A DNA stretch of 41,937 nt from Patescibacteria group bacterium UBA1400 (GTDB lineage: Bacteria > Patescibacteriota > Microgenomatia > UBA1400). Positions within the stretch are counted from its first letter, which is position 1, and every line of letters starts with the position of its first letter. The notes under the pieces were generated by a model. It worked only from the letters and a program-made list of their open reading frames with translations. It was not told where the DNA came from and ran no database searches. A program made the translations under genes and the position numbers. Of the stretch, positions 37,394 through 41,937 are shown piece by piece. The DNA lies in assembly GCA_002305125.1 (NCBI GenBank), contig DBQG01000016.1, positions 1 to 41,937 on the forward strand, in the 5' to 3' direction.

Positions 37394-37422
37394 ATTTTAT
37401 TACTTTTCTAAAAGTTCGTCAA
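37394..37422 (-). promoter_or_regulatory. Sigma70 promoter overlapping the recX 3' end
   Basis: TTGACG-N17-TAAAAT on the minus strand. Confidence 0.7.
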
Positions 37423-38047
37423 TGATATTTTTGATGATTCTATAATCAAAACCCTTTCTTTGCAAATGAGAAAAAAGTTTTCTTTTTTGCTCCATAAAAG
37501 GTTTGTTTTTTAAACTTCTTAATTTTTTCTCCGCTTGGTTTTTAGCTAATTTTTCTAAACTTTGATTATTTAAATTAGATAAAACACGGATGACTATCTG
37601 ACTATCTACTCCTTTTTGAAGCAGTTCAGCTTTTAACATTCTTTTACCCTTGGGCCTAAAGTTAAGCCTTTGTTCAACCCACCAAATTGCAAAAACTTCA
37701 TCATTTATAAGCTTCAGCTCTTCAAGTTTTTGGAAAATTTTTTCCCTTAACTTTTTTTTAAGAACCAAAGAAACATTTTGTTTGTAAAAATGTTTTTCCA
37801 GGTAATCTACAATCTCCCTGTAGCTTCTTGGCCGATAAGAAAGAAGGTTTAATACTCTGGTTAAAACTTTTTCGTATTGGGACTTTAGGTAAAGGTTGCT
37901 AACAGTCTCAGAAGACAGCTGCTGTCCATTCCTTAAACTGTTTTTAACTACCTCATCTAAAGAAAGACTAAAAGCATACCTGCCGTCAAAAAACAGATTA
38001 ACTCTTTTTTGATTTTTCTGGATTTTAAGATCAGTTACTACAACCAA
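37400..38047 (-). CDS. recX: Regulatory protein RecX
   Basis: LSYRPRS, LINDEVFA, LKAELLQKGV, LQRKGF; directly downstream of recA; TTG start. Confidence 0.9.
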   Translation of the reverse strand: MVVVTDLKIQKNQKRVNLFFDGRYAFSLSLDEVVKNSLRNGQQLSSETVSNLYLKSQYEKVLTRVLNLLSYRPRSYREIVDYLEKHFYKQNVSLVLKKKLREKIFQKLEELKLINDEVFAIWWVEQRLNFRPKGKRMLKAELLQKGVDSQIVIRVLSNLNNQSLEKLAKNQAEKKLRSLKNKPFMEQKRKLFSHLQRKGFDYRIIKNIIDELLEK

Positions 38048-39091
38048 CTACTCTTCCTTTTGTTCGCCTACTTCTTTTAAATCAGCTTTACCTGTTTTGG
38101 CTTTTTTCCAGATTGCTTCTTTAATCTGATCAGCCAACTTAGGTTTTTCTTCTAATACTTCCTTAGAAGCCTCTCTTCCCTGAGCCAAGACTTCACCTTT
38201 GTATTTGAAAAAAGAACCTGACTTTTCAATAATTCCAAACTCCACCCCTACATCAATCAGGCCTCCGGCTTTAGAAATACCCCCTTTATTCATAATATCA
38301 AGCTCAGCAATTCTAAAAGGAGGAGCCATCTTGTTTTTAACAACTTTGACTCTGTGCCTTGAACCAACAACCTCCTCACCCTCAGTAATATTACCGATCT
38401 TTCGGGAGTCCATTCTAATGCTTGAATAAAACTTTAAGGCCATACCACCGCTGGTTGTTTCCGGATTACCAAACATAACTCCGATCTTCATTCTCAGTTG
38501 ATTGGTAAAAATCATTACTGTTTTTGATTTGGAAATAGCCCCTGAAAGCTTTCTCATTGCCTGGCTCATTAATCTTGCCTGAACCCCTACCATAGCATCA
38601 CCCATTTCCCCCTCAATTTCTGCCTTAGGCACCAAGGCCGCCACCGAATCAACGCAAATAACATCAAGGCCTCCGGAACGAATAAGGGTTTCCGCAATCT
38701 CCAAAGCCTGCTCACCTGTATCAGGCTGAGAAATCAAAAGATCATCTAGCTTTACTCCAATTGATTCTGCTCTTAAAGGATCCAGGGCATGTTCGGCATC
38801 AATAAAAGCAGCCGTACCGCCTTTTTTCTGGGCTTCGGCAATAACATGAAGACAGATAGTTGTTTTTCCTGATGCCTCAGGACCGTAAATTTCTACAATT
38901 CTGCCGCTGGGCAAACCACCAATCCCTAAAGCCAGATCAAGAGCAATTGAACCGGTGGGAATAACATCAACTTTAAAATCTTGACTTTGTTGATCTCCAA
39001 GCTTCATGATGGAGCCCTTGCCATACTGTTTTTCTATCTGCTCCATTGCCGCTTTCACTGCCTGGAGCTTTTGTTTATCCTCATTAACCAT
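38048..39091 (-). CDS. recA: Recombinase RecA
   Basis: [53 protein letters not shown]. Confidence 0.99.
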   Translation of the reverse strand: MVNEDKQKLQAVKAAMEQIEKQYGKGSIMKLGDQQSQDFKVDVIPTGSIALDLALGIGGLPSGRIVEIYGPEASGKTTICLHVIAEAQKKGGTAAFIDAEHALDPLRAESIGVKLDDLLISQPDTGEQALEIAETLIRSGGLDVICVDSVAALVPKAEIEGEMGDAMVGVQARLMSQAMRKLSGAISKSKTVMIFTNQLRMKIGVMFGNPETTSGGMALKFYSSIRMDSRKIGNITEGEEVVGSRHRVKVVKNKMAPPFRIAELDIMNKGGISKAGGLIDVGVEFGIIEKSGSFFKYKGEVLAQGREASKEVLEEKPKLADQIKEAIWKKAKTGKADLKEVGEQKEE

Positions 39092-39206
39092 AAAAACCTC
39101 CTAAAATTTAGTTAAAATTTCCGAAGTTTAAATTAAAATTACAATAAACAGGCCGTTTTTGACCAGCAACCCTTGCGTTTTTGCAAAGCTGCCAGTTTCC
39201 GGTCAT

Positions 39207-39269
39207 TTATTTACCTTTTTTCTCTTTTTTACTGTCTTTTTTACTGCCACAGCCACAACAACAGCCCAT
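39207..39269 (-). CDS. 20-aa Cys-rich/Lys-rich small peptide MGCCCGCGSKKDSKKEKKGK
   Basis: Below the ORF-track cutoff. AAGGAGG lies 5 nt upstream of the ATG; stop TAA at 39207-39209. Confidence 0.65.
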   Translation of the reverse strand: MGCCCGCGSKKDSKKEKKGK

Positions 39270-39278
39270 AAGTTCCTC

Positions 39279-39309
39279 CTTAAATTATAATTTAAGTTTT
39301 ATTGTAACA
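39279..39309 (-). promoter_or_regulatory. Extended -10 promoter with perfect 18-bp palindrome
   Basis: TGtTACAAT (39309-39301); CTTAAATTATAATTTAAG (39279-39296) covers the predicted TSS and the edge of the SD. Confidence 0.5.
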
Positions 39310-39316
39310 CCTTGTT

Positions 39317-39883
39317 TTAAATTTTACCAACCAGTTTCAGGCCTGGTTTTAAAGTCTTTTCTCCAGGCTGCCAGGAAACAGGACAAACCTCTCCCTTATG
39401 AGCAAAGGCATATTGCAAAGCCTGAAGCTTACGGAAAATTTCACTAATACTCCTGCCAATATCATTATCATGCATCTCATATGCTTTCAACTTATGTTCA
39501 GGATTGATAATAAAACTGGCACGTAGAGACAAACCCTCATCCTCAAGATAAGTTCCAAAGTTCTGGCAGATCTTTCCGTTCGGATCAGCTCCCATCGGAT
39601 AGTTAACTTTTTTAATCGCCTCTGACTGATCATGCCAGGCCTTATGAACCCAAACCGTATCAGTACTAAGACTTAAAATTTCTGCTCCTGCTGCTTGAAA
39701 CTTTGAATAGTAATTCGCAGCTTCTTCCAGTTCAGTAGGACAAACAAAGGTAAAATCAGCCGGATAAAATAAAATAATAAGCCATTTATCTTTACTCAGT
39801 TTATATAAACTGGTTTTACTGATCTTGTCTTTTTGAAAAACTTCCAAAGTAAAATCGGTTATCCTATCATTGACCCTAATCAT
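39317..39883 (-). CDS. ahpC: 2-Cys peroxiredoxin
   Basis: FYPADFTFVCPTE and GEVCPVSW. Confidence 0.95.
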   Translation of the reverse strand: MIRVNDRITDFTLEVFQKDKISKTSLYKLSKDKWLIILFYPADFTFVCPTELEEAANYYSKFQAAGAEILSLSTDTVWVHKAWHDQSEAIKKVNYPMGADPNGKICQNFGTYLEDEGLSLRASFIINPEHKLKAYEMHDNDIGRSISEIFRKLQALQYAFAHKGEVCPVSWQPGEKTLKPGLKLVGKI

Positions 39884-39966
39884 TAACCTCCTTTATTTTT
39901 TAATTAAAAATCTTGTAAGAGATAAAATTTTAATTATTAACCCAATTTAGTTTTAAATCTTCATCC

Positions 39967-40572
39967 TTACTGCCCAACTGCTTCTAGATTTTTATTAACC
40001 TGATCCCAGTTAATGATGTTAAAAAAAGCCTCTATGTAGTCGGCCCGTTTATTTTGATATTTTAAGTAATAAGCATGTTCCCAAACATCCAAAGCAAGCA
40101 GGGGAGTTTTTCCCTGACTTAAAGGTGAATCCTGATTTTGGGTGGCTACAATCTCAAGTTGGCCCCTGTCTACAACTAACCAAGCCCAGCCGCTGCCAAA
40201 AAGATTAAGAGCTGCCAAACTAAACTGTTGGCGAAACTCATCATATTGATTAAAATGATTGGTTATCAGCTTTAAAATCTCTCCGCTAGGCTCGCCGCCG
40301 TTCTTTTTTAAAAGCGGCCAGAAAAAGCTATGGTTAACATAACCGCCGCCATTGTTTTTAACAGCCATTCTAATTTCCTGAGGGATAACATCTAAATCCC
40401 TTAAAAGCTCTTCAGCCGACTTCTCCTGAAACTCAGGATACTCGCTTAAAGCCTGGTTAAACTTGTCCGTATAACCCTGATGATGCTTATCATGATGAAC
40501 TCGCATGGTTTGTTCATCAATAAAAGGTTCTAAGGCATCGTAGGCATAAGGCAAATCCGGTAATTTATACAT
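39967..40572 (-). CDS. sodA: Fe/Mn superoxide dismutase
   Basis: LPYAYDALEP, HHDKHHQGY, NGGGYVNHSFFW, FGSGWAWL, DVWEHAYY. Start ATG 40572. NGGG and NQD suggest the Mn type. Confidence 0.92.
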   Translation of the reverse strand: MYKLPDLPYAYDALEPFIDEQTMRVHHDKHHQGYTDKFNQALSEYPEFQEKSAEELLRDLDVIPQEIRMAVKNNGGGYVNHSFFWPLLKKNGGEPSGEILKLITNHFNQYDEFRQQFSLAALNLFGSGWAWLVVDRGQLEIVATQNQDSPLSQGKTPLLALDVWEHAYYLKYQNKRADYIEAFFNIINWDQVNKNLEAVGQ

Positions 40573-40573
40573 T

Positions 40574-41071
40574 TTACTCCTCCTTTCTGGCACCTAAATT
40601 ATTATCTAGCATTAAAAGACCGGTGCTTGAATCTTTTACTAATTTTAATTTCTGAACAATCTGATCAGCAGAAGCCTCTTCCTCAACCTGTTCGTCAATA
40701 AACCAAGTTAAAAACTGCTCTGTCGCCTTATCTGACTGGCTACAAGCCACATCAACCAAATTATTTATTAACCCGGTAACTTTTTGTTCATGTTTATAGG
40801 CTTCTTCAAAAACCTCCAGGGCGGATGACCATTGTTTTTTAGGTTTTTGGATCGCCTCCAGCTCTACTTGTCCACCTCTGTTAAAAAGATAATGATAGAG
40901 TTTTAAAGCATGAGCTTCTTCTTCTTTAGCCTGAACTCTCATCCAGTGGGCAAAACCAGACAGGTTTTTACCTTCAAACCAGGCAGACATGGAAAGGTAA
41001 AGATAGGCGGAATATAGCTCTGCATTAATCTGTCTGTTGATTTCCTGCTCTACTTTTTGGGTAATTTTCAT
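40574..41071 (-). CDS. ftn: Non-heme ferritin
   Basis: QINAELYSAYLY, EEEAHA, HEQKVT, WFIDEQVEEE. Start ATG 41071 (TAATG overlap). Confidence 0.93.
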   Translation of the reverse strand: MKITQKVEQEINRQINAELYSAYLYLSMSAWFEGKNLSGFAHWMRVQAKEEEAHALKLYHYLFNRGGQVELEAIQKPKKQWSSALEVFEEAYKHEQKVTGLINNLVDVACSQSDKATEQFLTWFIDEQVEEEASADQIVQKLKLVKDSSTGLLMLDNNLGARKEE

Positions 41072-41466
41072 TACTCCTCCTCTGAAAAACATTTATGGCA
41101 TTTACCATAAAAAATTAATTTATAACTTTCAATTTTACCAATATCAGTTTGCTTACCAATAACGTTATTTAAATTTTGAGTTGAAGACCAAAAATCAATA
41201 ATCCGGCCGCAGTTTAAACAGATAAAATGGTGGTGAAGTTTAAGATTGGCATCAAAGTAGGTTGTGCCCCGATAAGGAATATGAATCACCTGACCGCTTT
41301 TTTTGAGCTGTTTTAAGTTTCTGTAAACTGTTCCTAAACTAATTTGGGGCAGTTTTCTTTTAACAGCCTGGTAAATAATCTCTGCTGAAGGATGAGTATC
41401 AACACTGGCAAGATAATCCATAATAATTTTTTTCTGACTGGTTAATCTTTGCTTATTAGTAATCAT
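41071..41466 (-). CDS. Fur-family regulator (PerR-like)
   Basis: HPSAE, ISLGTVYRNL, HHHFICLNCG, GKCHKC; heads the ftn-sod-ahpC operon. Start set at ATG 41466. Confidence 0.88.
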   Translation of the reverse strand: MITNKQRLTSQKKIIMDYLASVDTHPSAEIIYQAVKRKLPQISLGTVYRNLKQLKKSGQVIHIPYRGTTYFDANLKLHHHFICLNCGRIIDFWSSTQNLNNVIGKQTDIGKIESYKLIFYGKCHKCFSEEE

Positions 41467-41505
41467 TATTAAATAGATATTATTATTATTAATAATATTT
41501 GTCAA
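41457..41505 (-). promoter_or_regulatory. Promoter and Fur/Per-box-like site of the oxidative-stress operon
   Basis: TTGACA (41505-41500)-N17-TAATAT; 7-1-7 near-palindrome TAATAAT-G-ATTACTA (41471-41457) over the start codon. Confidence 0.6.
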
Positions 41506-41533
41506 GTAGGAAAATTTTATTTAAAATAAGCTA

Positions 41534-41937
41534 ATGAAAGTTAATATCCTGGTTTTAATTGCTTTTCTAATTTTAGCAGCCGCCATTGCAGCTGCCAGAT
41601 ACTTGCCAAAGATAAAAGCCGACAAACAACCAAAAACTGAGAATTCTTCTCAAAATATCCTAAAAATAGGTAAATGTGAATTTTTAATTGAAGTAGCAGA
41701 TACACCCCAAAAAAGGCAAGACGGACTTTCCTACAGAAACAGCCTGGAAGAAAATCACGGCATGTTATTTTTATTTAATGAGTATGGCCGTTACGGTTTT
41801 TGGATGAAAGAGATGAATTTTAATCTGGATATTGTTTGGATTAAAGATAACAAGGTGACTGATCTATCTCCTAATGTTCCTACGCCCACAAGCACCCATA
41901 TTCCTACAGTCCAGCCTAAAACCGAAGTTAATAAAGT
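41534..41937 (+). CDS. DUF192 domain protein (runs off the window end)
   Basis: Not in the ORF track. MKVNILVLIAFLIL...IEVADTPQKRQDGLSYR...GMLFLF...FWMKEMNFNLDIVWI. Confidence 0.9.
   Translation, partial: MKVNILVLIAFLILAAAIAAARYLPKIKADKQPKTENSSQNILKIGKCEFLIEVADTPQKRQDGLSYRNSLEENHGMLFLFNEYGRYGFWMKEMNFNLDIVWIKDNKVTDLSPNVPTPTSTHIPTVQPKTEVNK

Noticed and set aside
1517-38429. Short nested or antisense ORFs in the track (e.g. 2552, 3873, 5502, 8538, 14391, 17264, 21521, 25309, 26380, 36814, 38199)
   Set aside because: Shadows of well-supported genes; the Gly/Glu/Arg-rich ones are reverse complements of Ser/Pro linkers.
39108-39206. 32-aa ORF MTGNWQLCKNARV... directly after the Cys peptide
   Set aside because: No clear SD and it coincides with a stable hairpin, so it is better explained as RNA structure; translational coupling is not excluded.
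39181-39447. 88-aa plus-strand ORF
   Set aside because: Antisense to ahpC and to the SD-supported Cys peptide.
1-41937. CRISPR arrays, tRNA/rRNA genes, transposases, integrases, prophage or defence genes
   Set aside because: None recognised by eye; the only repeats are in-frame Ser/Pro linkers and one 14-bp pair.
1-41937. Alternative genetic code (TGA = Gly, as in Gracilibacteria/Absconditabacteria)
   Set aside because: Conserved genes are full length under code 11, and TGA ends genes at expected positions (e.g. 1409, 24426).

Overview
AT-rich (roughly 35% GC by eye), gene-dense bacterial chromosome segment using genetic code 11. Ser/Pro-linker surface proteins, a dockerin-like C-terminus, a very compact RNase P RNA and the lack of biosynthetic genes suggest a Patescibacteria/CPR organism, probably Microgenomates (inference). 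Housekeeping content: rdgB, uppP, rnpB, miaA, miaB, hup, rny, recX, recA, a perR/fur-ferritin-sod-ahpC oxidative-stress operon, a P-type ATPase and ABC transporters. Best candidate for an undescribed system: a six-gene WxL/DUF916 cluster (4377-9934) whose parts map onto an usher-less, sortase-less donor-strand pilus. It has a strongly expressed major subunit, a tip-adhesin-like protein, three membrane-anchored chaperone-like proteins, and a tiny protein carrying only a copy of the subunit's N-terminal strand. Other notable items: an unannotated 20-aa Cys-rich peptide with its own RBS, promoter and palindrome upstream of recA; a 96-nt structured RNA at the predicted TSS upstream of rny; an attenuator-like leader on a GNAT + ATP-grasp operon; three ABC-2 permease pairs with one ATPase and an embedded TrpR-like repressor with its operator; and seven apparently leaderless genes. 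All assignments come from motif reading by eye; no searches or folding programs were run.
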